Assembly (NCBI GenBank): GCA_965205975.1
Contig: OZ242195.1
Coordinates: 1,216,001-1,280,000, forward strand
Length of the DNA stretch: 64,000 bases
DNA from: Candidatus Latescibacterota bacterium
GTDB taxonomy: Bacteria > Latescibacterota > UBA2968
Direction of reading: 5' to 3'
The number at the start of each line of letters is the position of its first letter. Positions within the stretch are counted from its first letter, which is position 1. A model generated the notes under the pieces. It had not been told where the DNA came from. It ran no database searches and saw nothing but the letters and a program-made list of their open reading frames with translations. Positions 28,356-39,900 of the stretch are shown piece by piece. A program made the translations under genes and the position numbers.

Positions 28356-29282
28356 ATGAAATTTAAATGTGTTATTTTATTGTTGTTTGGACTTATTGGG
28401 TGTGGGGGACAGAGTGCTTTAGAAAGCGATGCCCAGCGCATGCTGGCTTCTATACGAGATTTGGAAGAGGAATTGGACGATTTGCCACAGGCGGTTGCGC
28501 GGTATGGAGAAGTTTCAGCGCAATTCCCACATACTGAAGCGGAAAAAACCGCGCGCGCACGCCGGGCGATGCTCGAGCAGGTACAGACGCGCCTGGCAGA
28601 ACGAGAAGCTGTTCCGAAAGATAGTATAGAGTCATTTTATGAGGCCGTTGTCGAGATCGCGCCCGATTATTTTGCCACGTTGAAGAAGCTCGGCACCAAT
28701 TACAGTAATCAGATACACTTTACCACGCGTTTTGCTGCCAATACAGGGGCAGTACAGATAAAAGAACAGGCTATAGGAATATGGGAGAAGCAGGATCGCT
28801 TGTGGTCACGCTATACCTTTCGCCCAATCCCATCAAATCGTTTCTGGCAGGATCAGTTGTGCAAGGACGCGCTGAATATTACGGAAATGTTAATTGCCAG
28901 GCCCTTTCGCGATTACAACCGCGCACTGGATATCATCAATAAGGGATTGGATTATGCTTCGGGCGAGGATGTGATATCACGAGCCAAAGTCTATGCTGCC
29001 TATTGCACGTTTTGGCAGGGCAAAGCAGAAGACTTTGAGCAGGGTGTCGCACTGGCAAAAGAGGCTTTGAACTATGAATTTTTGTCGGATAATAACCGCG
29101 CGCGAGCCTATCATGTTATTGGCCTGTGTTATGCGTATATCTATCAGGACTCAGAGGATAGGGCGCATCTCGATGAGGCGATAAAAGCGCTCAATGAAGC
29201 CGTGAATATCGATGGGAATATGGGCGACGCCAAGGAATTGCTCAAAGCGTTGCGATTACAGAGAGAAAGGGTAGCGTCTTAA
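28356..29282 (+). CDS. TPR-like helical lipoprotein
   Basis: Lipobox LIGC; TPR-like ARAYHVIGLCY..AIKALNEAVNID. Confidence 0.65.
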   Translation: MKFKCVILLLFGLIGCGGQSALESDAQRMLASIRDLEEELDDLPQAVARYGEVSAQFPHTEAEKTARARRAMLEQVQTRLAEREAVPKDSIESFYEAVVEIAPDYFATLKKLGTNYSNQIHFTTRFAANTGAVQIKEQAIGIWEKQDRLWSRYTFRPIPSNRFWQDQLCKDALNITEMLIARPFRDYNRALDIINKGLDYASGEDVISRAKVYAAYCTFWQGKAEDFEQGVALAKEALNYEFLSDNNRARAYHVIGLCYAYIYQDSEDRAHLDEAIKALNEAVNIDGNMGDAKELLKALRLQRERVAS

Positions 29283-29301
29283 GAAGTGTGAAGGGGGGGC
29301 G

Positions 29302-29383
29302 ATCCGCAGATAAACGCAGATGAAAGAAGATGGTCTGAGGGATGGTTGGGTGGGGTAACTGACAACTGACAACTGACAACTGA
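29302..29383 (+). repeat. Intergenic composite repeat: CGCAGAT decamers plus AACTGAC heptamers
   Basis: atccgcagataaacgcagatgaaag (29302-29326); aactgac x3 + aactga (29357-29383). Confidence 0.8.
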
Positions 29384-29386
29384 TTT

Positions 29387-30694
29387 ATGAAAAAAATTGT
29401 TTGTAAATTTGGTGGTTCATCGGTTGCCGATGCCGCACAGATCGGGAAGGTAGTGTCTATTGTGCGGAGCGATGAACGCCGCTGTTTTGTCGTGCCTTCC
29501 GCGCCGGGTAAGCGGTCTGACGATGATACAAAAATTACTGATTTGCTCTATTTGTGTCACGAACTCGTGCGGCAAAATATTGATTTCTCGGAGCCTTTTA
29601 AAAAAATTAGTACGCGATTTTTGGATCTTTCAAAGGCTCTTGCAGTGTCTATTGATATAGGTGAATTGCTTGCTGAAGTCGAGAGCAAAATTGCGGGTGG
29701 TGCGGGACGAGATTACGTGGCGTCTCGCGGCGAGTATTTGTGTGGGCGCATTCTATCCGATGTTTTGGGTGCAGTGTTTGTCGATCCAGCCGAGGCGATA
29801 CTCTTTCGGTCTGATGGGCGGCTCGACAGCGATTCATATCGGCGATTGCGGACGCATCTTTCAGATGATCGGCTCTATGTTATTCCGGGATTTTACGGTG
29901 CGAATGCAGAGGGCGAGATCGTGACGTTTTCGCGCGGGGGGTCGGATATTACCGGCGCAATTGTCGCCCGCGCAGTTGGAGCAGAAGTGTACGAAAACTG
30001 GACGGATGTATCCGGATTGCTCATGGCCGATCCTCGTATGGTGCCCGATCCTTTGCCCGTAGAGGAAATTACGTATCGCGAGATGCGCGAGTTGGCCTAT
30101 ATGGGAGCCGATGTTTTTCACGACGAGGCGATGTTTCCGGTTCGAACGGCTGAAATTCCCATTCACATACGCAATACCAATCGGCCAAAGGATGCGGGTA
30201 CGCGGATTTTATCGAGTCGAGAGCTAACAGAGCGCATGGTTGTCGGGGTTGCGGGGCGGCCCAATTTTAGTATGCTATTTATTGAAAAAGCCCTGATGAA
30301 TCAGACGACGGGGTTTGGACAACGGGTCTTAGAGGTGGTCGCGCGCCATGGGATCAGTTATGATCACACGCCGTCTGGCATCGATACAATGTCGGTGATC
30401 ATACAGGATGAACAATTGGATGGCAAGGGCGAGCTTCTCGTCGAAGATATTCAACGCATTCTTGAGCCTGATCGCATTGAGTTGATCCACGGACTTGCGC
30501 TGGTTGCGACGGTTGGCGAGGGGATGTCGCACAGGGTTGGCATTGCTGCGCGTCTGTTTACTGCGCTGGCAGATGCAGGTGTGAATGTACGAGTGATCGA
30601 TCAGGGGGCTTCAGAGATCAATATTATTGTGGGGGTCGAAGAAGCCGATCTCGAGACAGCACTGGTCGCTATTTATCGCGCTTTTGTTCATTGA
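29387..30694 (+). CDS. lysC: Aspartate kinase
   Basis: KFGGSS, SAPGKR, TFSRGGSDITG, WTDVSG..ADPR, C-terminal ACT domains. Confidence 0.95.
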   Translation: MKKIVCKFGGSSVADAAQIGKVVSIVRSDERRCFVVPSAPGKRSDDDTKITDLLYLCHELVRQNIDFSEPFKKISTRFLDLSKALAVSIDIGELLAEVESKIAGGAGRDYVASRGEYLCGRILSDVLGAVFVDPAEAILFRSDGRLDSDSYRRLRTHLSDDRLYVIPGFYGANAEGEIVTFSRGGSDITGAIVARAVGAEVYENWTDVSGLLMADPRMVPDPLPVEEITYREMRELAYMGADVFHDEAMFPVRTAEIPIHIRNTNRPKDAGTRILSSRELTERMVVGVAGRPNFSMLFIEKALMNQTTGFGQRVLEVVARHGISYDHTPSGIDTMSVIIQDEQLDGKGELLVEDIQRILEPDRIELIHGLALVATVGEGMSHRVGIAARLFTALADAGVNVRVIDQGASEINIIVGVEEADLETALVAIYRAFVH

Positions 30695-30716
30695 AGAGAG
30701 AACTGGGGAGGGATTT

Positions 30717-31766
30717 ATGAAAATTCTCGTGACGGGATCGCACGGAAGAGTAGGGGGCAATCTGGTCAGACGCTTGCTCGCTAAAGGACACGACATACGC
30801 GGCTTTGTCTATCCCGGCGATGCCAGCCGCGCGGGCAAATGGGAAGGCATTGATGCAGTCGAGGTCGTAGAAGGCGACTTGCGCGATTACGATGCCGTAT
30901 CTCGTGCGGTTGAGGGTGTGGATGCTGTATATCATCTGGCTGCGGCTTTTGCAAGTCCGCACAGCCATATCGAATATTTGCAAATCAATGGACTGGGCAC
31001 ACTACATTTGCTCGAAGCGGTGCGCGAGAAAATTCCCAATTTGCAGCGTTTTGTCTATGCCTGTACAGAAGCAATATACTGGAAGGTTGAAGAATCTGGC
31101 CGTTTATTTGAGAAGCCAATTTCCGAAGATATGGTCAGCGCGACGCATGCGATGCCGTATTTTTTGACCAAGTGGATCGGTGAAGAACTGGTGATGAATT
31201 ACCATGTTCAATACGGCGTGCCGAGCGTCGTGTGTCGGTTTGCGACTATTTTTGAACCGAGTGAATTTTTGACCGAAGATGGCGTTCCCAGGTTTTGTAC
31301 GCTTAGACCTGTGCTCGAACGATTGCGACGCCAGAAAAACCCCACAGATGAACAGATGAAGCAACTCGCATCGGTGGAAAAAGCGTGGGCAGATGGCGCA
31401 CGGGTTCTGGTTAGCAGGTGCCCCGATGGCAGGAGTTTTAAGCAGGAGTGGGCAGATGTGCGGGATATCGCCCTGGGCCTTTCTCTGAGTTTGGAGCGCG
31501 ATGAAGCCGTGGGCGAGGCATTTACCCTGGGCGGAATGCTCATCGTGTGGGAAGACGATGTTCCAAAAGTTGCCGATTATCTCGGCGTAGGCTATACAGA
31601 AGCGACTATGCCTGCGCCGAATTTTTTTGAATTTGATCGGACAAAAACGCAAAATCTGCTCGGATATCACGCCGAGCACGATCTGTGGAGTACGCTGAAT
31701 ACGGCTCTGGCGATGCAAGAGGGCAAGGAGACAGATGTTGTCCCCACAGGTGTGCGATACGGATGA
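30717..31766 (+). CDS. NAD-dependent epimerase/dehydratase
   Basis: MKILVTGSHGRVG, VYHLAA, YFLTK. Confidence 0.9.
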   Translation: MKILVTGSHGRVGGNLVRRLLAKGHDIRGFVYPGDASRAGKWEGIDAVEVVEGDLRDYDAVSRAVEGVDAVYHLAAAFASPHSHIEYLQINGLGTLHLLEAVREKIPNLQRFVYACTEAIYWKVEESGRLFEKPISEDMVSATHAMPYFLTKWIGEELVMNYHVQYGVPSVVCRFATIFEPSEFLTEDGVPRFCTLRPVLERLRRQKNPTDEQMKQLASVEKAWADGARVLVSRCPDGRSFKQEWADVRDIALGLSLSLERDEAVGEAFTLGGMLIVWEDDVPKVADYLGVGYTEATMPAPNFFEFDRTKTQNLLGYHAEHDLWSTLNTALAMQEGKETDVVPTGVRYG

Positions 31767-31790
31767 AACTCCACATAATGGGGAGGTTCT

Positions 31791-34700
31791 ATGGCTTTTT
31801 GGCGCAGATCTATTCCTATTCTGGTATGCGCGGGATTGTTTTTTGGCGTGAGCGAGGCTCAATCTGTTGGCAATATTACTGGCACAGTGACCGATGCTGC
31901 AAGTGGGGAGAAGTTGGATGGGGTGCAGATCTATATTCCGGCCCCGAAACTTGGCGCAGTGTCGGATGCGCAAGGCCGCTTTATCATCGAAAATGTGCCA
32001 GTTGGCACGTATGAACTGAAGGCCGATTTGATCGGCTATGCGAGTGCGACAGCGGTTATGGAGGTGATGGCTGGACAGACGACGACGGTTGCTTTGCAGA
32101 TGGAGTTGTCTGCACTTTATCTGGATGAAGTGGTGGTGACGGGTACAGCTTTTAAGGAATCGCCTATCAATTTGCCCTATGCGGTTACCGTGGTCGGGCG
32201 GGAAAAGATGGCAGAACAAGGGTCTCCGCAGGCGGTTGATTTCTTCAAGAATCTGGGGGCGAGTCACGGCGTAATCGGCGAGGCGAATAGCTGGTACAAC
32301 GACCAATCTGTTTCGGTTCCAGAGACCGTGGCTAATGTGAATCTCCGCGGACTGGGAGCTTCGAGGACTTTGGTACTGATCAATAGCCGCAGACAAGTGT
32401 ACATACCCGCGCGTTTGTTCGGCGGTCGCTTTGTGGATGTGAATGCCATTCCATCAATTGCGATTGACCGGGTCGAAGTGCTCAAGGAGGGGGCTTCGGC
32501 CATTTACGGATCTGATGCAGTAGCTGGTGTTGCCAACTTTTTGACGCGCAACGACTTCACGGGTTTTGAAATTTCGGCAGGGCACGACTATTTCGCCGGT
32601 GCGGGCGATACGAATTTCGGTGCAATATGGGGTGGAAAGCTCGGCAAAGCCCACGCGGTTATTTCTGCGGAATGGATGGGGCGACAGGAATTGAACGCAC
32701 GCGAGCGGAGTTGGACATTGCGCAGGTTCCCATTTTGGGGATGGTCGGGTACTGGCAATCCCGGTGCATTTCTTATGCCGTCGCTATCGGGCGAGGAGAA
32801 CAAGGATGAATTTATTCAGGCACTCGTCAATGCGCCCCGATTTATTGACCCCAATTGTGAGGCTCTTGGCGGACATGCCGAAAGCTGGACATGCCGCTTC
32901 CGCTATCAACCTTGGGATATTTTGATTGAGAAACAGCGCCATCTCCGAACTTTTGCCGAAATCAATGGACCTTTGGGCGATGACGCGAAGTATCACATAG
33001 AGGCCATGTGGGCCGATACCTATATGCCTCATTACACGACGACGCCTTCTTTTCCGCCGATCACGCTGTTCAATGGGAATCAACTCGTTGCGAGCAATCA
33101 CCCGGGACGGCAGGCGTTTTGCCGTTCGCTGGTAGGTTCTGAACTTCAAGAAAACTGTCTCGAAGGCGACTGGTACTTTTTCGGTCGGCTCGTTGGCAAC
33201 GAGGGACCTGGACGCTCACTGAGCCGTCAATCGCAGACTGGACGTCTCTCAGGGTCTGTCACGCGCGATTTTCAGATTGCAGATCGAGATGCCCGGTTTG
33301 ATTTTGGCATCAGTTATTCCCGTAGCAGTGGAAATATGAACCAGCCAGCGGAATACGCCTACCGCAAGTTTCTCGCCTTTCGCGGCTTTGGGGGACCAGA
33401 TTGCGGCGTCGAGGTTATCGCAGATCCAACTGCTCCCGAAGGGATGCGCCTGGGTCCTCTCAATGGCAAAGTAGCTGGGCAGGGGGATTGCATGTACTAC
33501 AACCCGCTCAGCAACGCGATTCAGTTTTCCACGCAAGCTCCTGACGGATTGGATCCCATTGCGTTTGTATTTGCGGACAAGCAAAACCCCGACTATGTCC
33601 CCGGTCTTGAGAATAGTGCGTCGTTGATCGATTGGATCAACGAGGAAGTCGATTTGGAAAACGACGCTGCGCTACTGGTCGCAGACGCGACACTGACGGG
33701 AACATGGACGGAAAATGTCTGGCTCAACGCGAGTTATGCCGCCGGGTATCAGTTCCGCCGCCTCGATGTGTCTGCACAGCCAAATGATCCGGGCAATCTG
33801 ACTACCAATCCCTGTCTGGTTCCCGGCGATAGATCGTGTATTGACGCGGCTGGGCGTCAGATCGGTTTTGGCTCTGGTCTTTTTACGCTTACCAACGGAC
33901 ATTATCCCTACGAAGACAATCAGATCGTGCATCGGATTTTTGGCGAACTTCCCCTTAGTATGGGCGAGAATCTCGACGCGCAATTTGTTGCCAACTACGA
34001 GTTTCACAAGGAAGCAAGCAGTTTTAATCCCAAGGCTGCGGCAAGCTGGCGTTTTTCGGATTCTGATGCCCACTCATTGGATTTGCGCGGTTCAGTGCAG
34101 ACGACTTTTCGCACGCCTTCGGTAGATGATTTGAACACAGATGTTCGCACGACTCTCGAATATCTCGATCCCGTAGGGGTTTACAAAGCGATAGACGCTT
34201 ATGGGAGTACTGATCTCAAACCCGAAGAGGCGTTTACTTATAATGTAGGAGTTGTCCTGCTTGCAAATTCAGATATAGAAATGACCTTCGATTACTGGCA
34301 TTATGATTTCAAAAATGTGATCGCCACGCTACCACAAAACGATGTGGTGCGGCTCTACGGTGAAGGCTATAACGGCGACGAAAGAAAATTAAACGCGGTA
34401 AAGGATCGCATTTCATGCCCTGGCAATGTCACGGACGGTTCTTGTGTTCCTGGAGATATTGAGCGCGTGCGGATCGATTTGATCAATTGGCCCGGTGTCC
34501 AGACTTCGGGATTCGACTGGCATATAGGAACGCGTTTCAATGCCGGGACGGGTCAGCTTTCTGCCAGTCTGGATGGCACATACACGCGCGATTATTACAT
34601 GAAGGAACTTCGTATAGATGGCGTGGAATACCGCGCTGCGCTGGATGGCGCGGGATATTACAATAGAACTCATCCGCTGGCGTCACCGATTCCACAGTGG

Positions 34701-35006
34701 AAATGGCGAGGTTCTGCTGGCTACCACTGGGGCAACTACAGTCTCGTCAATTACGTCAATTACATATCCGCGTATGAGGATCGCGACGTATGGACGCTGG
34801 ATGGTCCCATTGACTCATTTCTCACCTATGATGTCAATTTTGTGTGGCACTTGCCCCGGCGCGGTATGAATATCACCTTCTCCGCGTTGAATATGACCGG
34901 AAAAGTGCCGCCTCTCGTCGATTTTGAACTGGGGTTCGATGGCCTGACGCACAATCCCAAAGGTCGGCGGTTTAAGCTGGCCGCTACATATCAACTCGGG
35001 CGTTGA
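31791..35006 (+). CDS. TonB-dependent receptor with N-terminal carboxypeptidase-regulatory-like domain
   Basis: ITGTVTDAASGE, LDEVVVTG, NLRGLGASRTLVLINSRR, RVEVLKEGASAIYGSDAVAGVANF. Confidence 0.95.
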   Translation: MAFWRRSIPILVCAGLFFGVSEAQSVGNITGTVTDAASGEKLDGVQIYIPAPKLGAVSDAQGRFIIENVPVGTYELKADLIGYASATAVMEVMAGQTTTVALQMELSALYLDEVVVTGTAFKESPINLPYAVTVVGREKMAEQGSPQAVDFFKNLGASHGVIGEANSWYNDQSVSVPETVANVNLRGLGASRTLVLINSRRQVYIPARLFGGRFVDVNAIPSIAIDRVEVLKEGASAIYGSDAVAGVANFLTRNDFTGFEISAGHDYFAGAGDTNFGAIWGGKLGKAHAVISAEWMGRQELNARERSWTLRRFPFWGWSGTGNPGAFLMPSLSGEENKDEFIQALVNAPRFIDPNCEALGGHAESWTCRFRYQPWDILIEKQRHLRTFAEINGPLGDDAKYHIEAMWADTYMPHYTTTPSFPPITLFNGNQLVASNHPGRQAFCRSLVGSELQENCLEGDWYFFGRLVGNEGPGRSLSRQSQTGRLSGSVTRDFQIADRDARFDFGISYSRSSGNMNQPAEYAYRKFLAFRGFGGPDCGVEVIADPTAPEGMRLGPLNGKVAGQGDCMYYNPLSNAIQFSTQAPDGLDPIAFVFADKQNPDYVPGLENSASLIDWINEEVDLENDAALLVADATLTGTWTENVWLNASYAAGYQFRRLDVSAQPNDPGNLTTNPCLVPGDRSCIDAAGRQIGFGSGLFTLTNGHYPYEDNQIVHRIFGELPLSMGENLDAQFVANYEFHKEASSFNPKAAASWRFSDSDAHSLDLRGSVQTTFRTPSVDDLNTDVRTTLEYLDPVGVYKAIDAYGSTDLKPEEAFTYNVGVVLLANSDIEMTFDYWHYDFKNVIATLPQNDVVRLYGEGYNGDERKLNAVKDRISCPGNVTDGSCVPGDIERVRIDLINWPGVQTSGFDWHIGTRFNAGTGQLSASLDGTYTRDYYMKELRIDGVEYRAALDGAGYYNRTHPLASPIPQWKWRGSAGYHWGNYSLVNYVNYISAYEDRDVWTLDGPIDSFLTYDVNFVWHLPRRGMNITFSALNMTGKVPPLVDFELGFDGLTHNPKGRRFKLAATYQLGR

Positions 35007-35019
35007 TGAAAGGAATATT

Positions 35020-36561
35020 TTGAAAACGCGTGTAGAAGGACCACCTGATCGGGAGTATCGCAAGCTATTCGGTTTAGATATTTACCTGACGCCAGTGTTT
35101 GTGATTTCCAGTATTATCATTATTGCATTTGTCACTGGTGCTCTTGTTTTTCAGGAAGCCGCGACTGAAGGGTTCAAAAATATCCGCGAGTGGCTCACTG
35201 CAAACCTCGATTGGTTTTTTATCATTGCGGCCAATCTCGTCGTGATCTTTTGTTTTTATGTGGCGCTATCGTCCCTTGGAAAGGTGCGCCTGGGCGGCGC
35301 AGATGCAAAACCCGAATACACCTATTTAACCTATCTTGCCATGCTTTTTGCTGCTGGCGTGGGCATAGGTTTGCTGTTTTTTGGGGTGGCGGAACCGGTG
35401 TACTACTTTAAAGCGCCACCACTCGGCATTACGCCAGGAACAGAGGATGCCGTTGCCGTGGGGATAGCGGCGACGGTTTTTCATTGGGGGTTACACGGTT
35501 GGGCGATCTACGGCGTCGTTGGACTCGCTCTGGGTTACTTCTCGTACAACCGGGGGTTGCCCCTCACCATTCGCTCGGCGTTCTATCCCTTATTTGGCGA
35601 CCGCGTCTGGGGCTGGCCCGGACACATTATCGATACATTCGCCATATTCGCCGGTTTGTTTGGGCTTGCAACCTCCCTCGGTCTGGGGGTTCAGCAGGTT
35701 ACTTCCGGATTAAACTATCTGTTTGATATTCCCGCAAATAACACCACTATGGTGGTGCTGATTGTTGCGATCACGTCCATCGCGCTCATATCGGTGTTGA
35801 CGGGTATTAATGTCGGCATTAAGCGTTTGAGCCAGTTCAATATCATTCTCGCGTTTTTGTTGTTATTGACTGTTATCTCGCTCGGTCCAACGCTCTACAT
35901 TTTTCGCAGTATTTTCGCTGGTCTCGGCAGTTATTTCGCGCAGGTTGTGCCGCTCAGCAATTGGATTGGGCGCGAGGATGTCGCCTTCGTGCGAGACTGG
36001 ACGACTTTCTACTGGGCGTGGTGGTTTGCCTGGGCACCGTTTGTCGGCACGTTCATCGCCCGCATTTCAAAGGGGCGCACAGTGCGCGAATTTGTCGTCT
36101 CTGTGCTTCTGCTGCCAACGCTTTTATGCCTGCTGTGGTTCGGTACTTTTAGCGGTACGGCGTTTTATCAACACATTGTTGAGGGCTATACCGGGGTAAC
36201 TGAGAATGTCGAGGCGTGGAAGCTCGAAATCGCATTGTTCAAAATGTTTGATAAACTGCCGATGGCGACGTTGCTTTCATCTGTGGCTATGCTGCTGACC
36301 GTCGTGTTTTTCGTTACTTCTTCGGATTCTGGATCGCTGATCCTTGACGCCATTGCAGCTGGCGGCAGGGTTGATGCGCCAGTTGCGCAACGCGTTTTCT
36401 GGTGTACTATTGAGGGTTTAGTCGCAATTGCACTTCTGCTCGGCGGAGGCCTGAGTGCGTTGCAAGCTGCCTCGCTCACTACTGGTTTTCCATTTGCTAT
36501 TGTGCTATTGGGAATGGCTGTCTGCGTGTGGATGGGGCTTCGCAGTGAAGTGCGCGAATGA
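35020..36561 (+). CDS. BCCT-family betaine/choline/carnitine transporter
   Basis: MLFAAGVGIGL, FHWGLHGW, WTTFYWAWWFAWAPFVGTFIARISKGRT, VTSSDSG. Confidence 0.95.
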   Translation: MKTRVEGPPDREYRKLFGLDIYLTPVFVISSIIIIAFVTGALVFQEAATEGFKNIREWLTANLDWFFIIAANLVVIFCFYVALSSLGKVRLGGADAKPEYTYLTYLAMLFAAGVGIGLLFFGVAEPVYYFKAPPLGITPGTEDAVAVGIAATVFHWGLHGWAIYGVVGLALGYFSYNRGLPLTIRSAFYPLFGDRVWGWPGHIIDTFAIFAGLFGLATSLGLGVQQVTSGLNYLFDIPANNTTMVVLIVAITSIALISVLTGINVGIKRLSQFNIILAFLLLLTVISLGPTLYIFRSIFAGLGSYFAQVVPLSNWIGREDVAFVRDWTTFYWAWWFAWAPFVGTFIARISKGRTVREFVVSVLLLPTLLCLLWFGTFSGTAFYQHIVEGYTGVTENVEAWKLEIALFKMFDKLPMATLLSSVAMLLTVVFFVTSSDSGSLILDAIAAGGRVDAPVAQRVFWCTIEGLVAIALLLGGGLSALQAASLTTGFPFAIVLLGMAVCVWMGLRSEVRE

Positions 36562-36990
36562 GAATATTAAGCAGTTCAACGTCGGCTCAAACACTTTGCC
36601 TTTTCGCGTAACATCAGTCAGGTAGTATCCATATATAATTTTTTGATCATATATGGTCAAAAAAATCTAAGATGTCGATTGGGTTTTTGCAGGGATAAAA
36701 AATATATCTTCATTAAAAATAATATTTTATGAATAAAATTATTTATAGAAGTCCTGTATTAATGCAAGCTATCCATCAACACAATCGTGCCTTAAGGGAT
36801 GATTGCTCTTTTCCCTGATTGTAAAGAATGTCCTGGACATTTTGCAATCGTTTACGTCACAATTTGGGTTAGGCAAGAATTTGACATTGGGAGAATTCTA
36901 CCATATTTTTTTATTAATTCCAAAGAGTCTCTAACCCCAAAAACTACCCGAAAGTATTATAGTACGGGAAAATAACAAAAGGGAAGACCA

Positions 36991-39900
36991 ATGTTTTTTT
37001 TGAGCAGATTTATTCCGATTCTTGCATGCGTGGCATTGTTTTCTAACGTGGTCCAGGCACAATCTGTTGGAACTGTTACCGGCACAGTGACCGATGCCGC
37101 AAGCGGCGAAAAATTGGAAGTGGTGCAGATCCATATTCCGACTCTGAAACTGAGCGCAGTGTCGGACGCGCAAGGCCGTTTTACCATCCCAAATGTGCCT
37201 TCTGGCACGCATGAACTGAGGGCAGATCTGATCGGTTATGCGAGCGCGACAGCGGTTATTAATGTGACGGCTGGCGAAACAGTGACGGTTTCGTTGCAGA
37301 TGAATTCCTCTGCGCTTTATCTCGATGAAGTGGTGGTGACGGGTACGGCATTTAAAGAGGCACCCATCAGTATGACGTATGCAGTTGCTGTGGTTGGGCG
37401 AGAGAAGATGGCTGAGCAAGGGTCTCCACAGGCTGTTGATTTCTTCAAGAATCTGGGTGCGAGCCACGGGGTGATCGGCGAACGGAGCAGTTGGTACAAT
37501 GCGGGCCAAGCTGCCACCTTGACGGAGAGCATCGCCAATGTGAACCTGCGCGGGCTTGGTGCATCGCGGACGCTGGTGTTGATCAACAGCCGCCGCCAGA
37601 CCTATGTCCCCGCGCGCTTGATCGGTGGACGCTTTGTCGATGTCAATGTTATTCCCTCTATCGCCCTTGACCGGATTGAGGTGCTCAAGGAGGGAGCTTC
37701 GGCTATCTACGGATCGGATGCAGTGGCCGGTGTTGCCAATTTTTTGACCCGATCCGATTTTGAGGGCTTTGAAGTGTCTGGTGCCTACGAGCATTTCGCT
37801 GGCGCTGGCGATACAAATATAGGCGCGATATGGGGTAAAAAACTCGCGGATGGAACTCATGCGGTTATTTCTGCGGAATGGATGGGGCGCCAGGCGCTAC
37901 CATCTACGGAGAGGGATTATTTGTTGCAGCCGTGGCATGGCGGAGGGCAGCGTCTGGGATGGTCGAGTTTGGGGAATCCAGGCACCTTTGCCATTGGTGC
38001 GCCAGCTCCCTGGACAGCAGCCATCCACGCCCCTCGTTGTGAGGAGTTTGGCGGTTTCAGGGAATCTTGGACATGTCGATTCCGCTATCAGCAGTATGAG
38101 AATCTGGTCGAAAAAATGAGTCATATCCGTGTTTTTTCTGAGATCAATGGCACTCTGGACAATGGTACGGATTATCACGTGGAGTACCTGTGGGCCGAGG
38201 CCGAGATCCCCGATTGGTACACGACGCCTTCTTATCCTCCGTTCCCACTAACAGATACGAGTATTATGGAGGTCGCGTCCGATCATCCGGGGCGCCAGGC
38301 ATTTTGCGAGGACTACGGTGCAAATCCTGGCGATTTATATTACGACGCCTGCCAAGGCGGGGAGAACTGGTATTTCAATGGTCGGCCCTTTGGAAACTCT
38401 GGTCCCGGACGTATTTTGAGCCGTCAATCGAATACTTTGCGCATGGCGGCTTCGGCAAATGGCGATTTTAAGGCGTTCGGCGGTCGAGACGCCCATTTTG
38501 ATGTGGGTCTCTCTTATTCGCGCACGTCGGGCAATTACAATTTGCCGGGGGTGTACATCGAGCGGCTGTTCCTCGGCTTTCGCGGTTTTGGGGGACCAGA
38601 TTGCGGCGTTGACGTGGTAGCAGATCCGACGTCTCTCGCAGGGATGCGACTTGGACGGATCTACGACCAGGTAGCAGGGCAGGGCAACTGTCATTACTAC
38701 AACCCCTTTGGCAATGCCATCGAGTTCACGGATCAACATGGCTCGAGTTTTGAGAACTCGCCAAATCCCGATTACCGCTCCGATCTTGCGAATAGTCCCG
38801 AATTGCGGGAATGGCTCGCCAATCAAGAAGTTGATCTGCAGAGTACGGCGGAGATGCTGGTCGCCGATGCGACGCTGACGGGAACTTGGACAGAGAACGT
38901 CTGGCTCAACGCGAGTTATGCCGCCGGGTATCAGTTCCGCAAGCTCAATGCGACTGGCGATCCGAACGATCCGGGTGATGTGACCATCAACCCATGTCCG
39001 GTTCCGGGGGATAAGGGTTGCTCAGAAGAAGATAAGTTCGGTCCCTATGCGTTCACGAATGTGAATCGACCATACTCCGAAGACCAGACGGTACACCGAT
39101 TTTTTGGCGAAATTCCCTTGAGTCTGGGCGAGCGCGTTGATGTGCAACTCGCCGCGAATTACGAGTTCCACGATGTGGCGAGCAGTTTTGATCCCAAAGT
39201 CGGCTGGCGCGTGCAGCTTTCGCAATCCCCGACCCATTCCCTGTTTATGCGAGGCTCGGTGCAGACGACGTTTCGCACGCCATCGCTGGACGATGTAAAT
39301 GAAAGTCCGTTATCAACGCTCGAGTGGATCAACCAGACGGGTGCGTACCAGACGGTCGATAGAATCGGGAGCAAGGACCTCAAACCCGAACAGGCATTTA
39401 CCTATAATGCGGGTCTCGCGCTGGTCACAGAGGCCGGAGCAGAAGCGACATTCGACTATTGGAGCTACGATTTCAGCGATGTCATCGGCGCTATGCCCCA
39501 CGGGAGAATTACTGATTTATATGCCGAAGAAGCCAATAAGAATGCCCTGAAGCAATTCATTGTCTGTCCTGATGGCGTAGGTACTGGTACATGCGCGGCC
39601 TCAGAACTTGAGCGGGTGCGCGTTGATATCGTCAACTGGCCCGGGGTCAAGACTTCGGGAATTGATGTACATCTGGGCACGCGAATGCCAGCGGGTGCAG
39701 GACAATTCGCGGCCAGTCTGGATGGCACTTATACGCTGTCGTATGAGACAAAGGCTCTGATGCATGGCAATTTGGTGCTCCAGGAGGCGGCAGACGCCGC
39801 GGGGTACTTGAATTTTGGCAATCCCATTGCGACTTCGCTTCCCAAGTTGAAAGGGCGAGTATCGGCGGGCTATCACTGGAAGACCTACAGTTTGGTGAGT

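Noticed and set aside
29282..29387. Lysine riboswitch upstream of aspartate kinase
   Set aside because: Spacer is only about 100 nt and is filled by simple repeats
31104..32396. 430-aa antisense ORF (and 36931-37860) opposite the TonB receptors
   Set aside because: Shadow frames of well-supported genes; similarity between them simply mirrors the sense-strand paralogy
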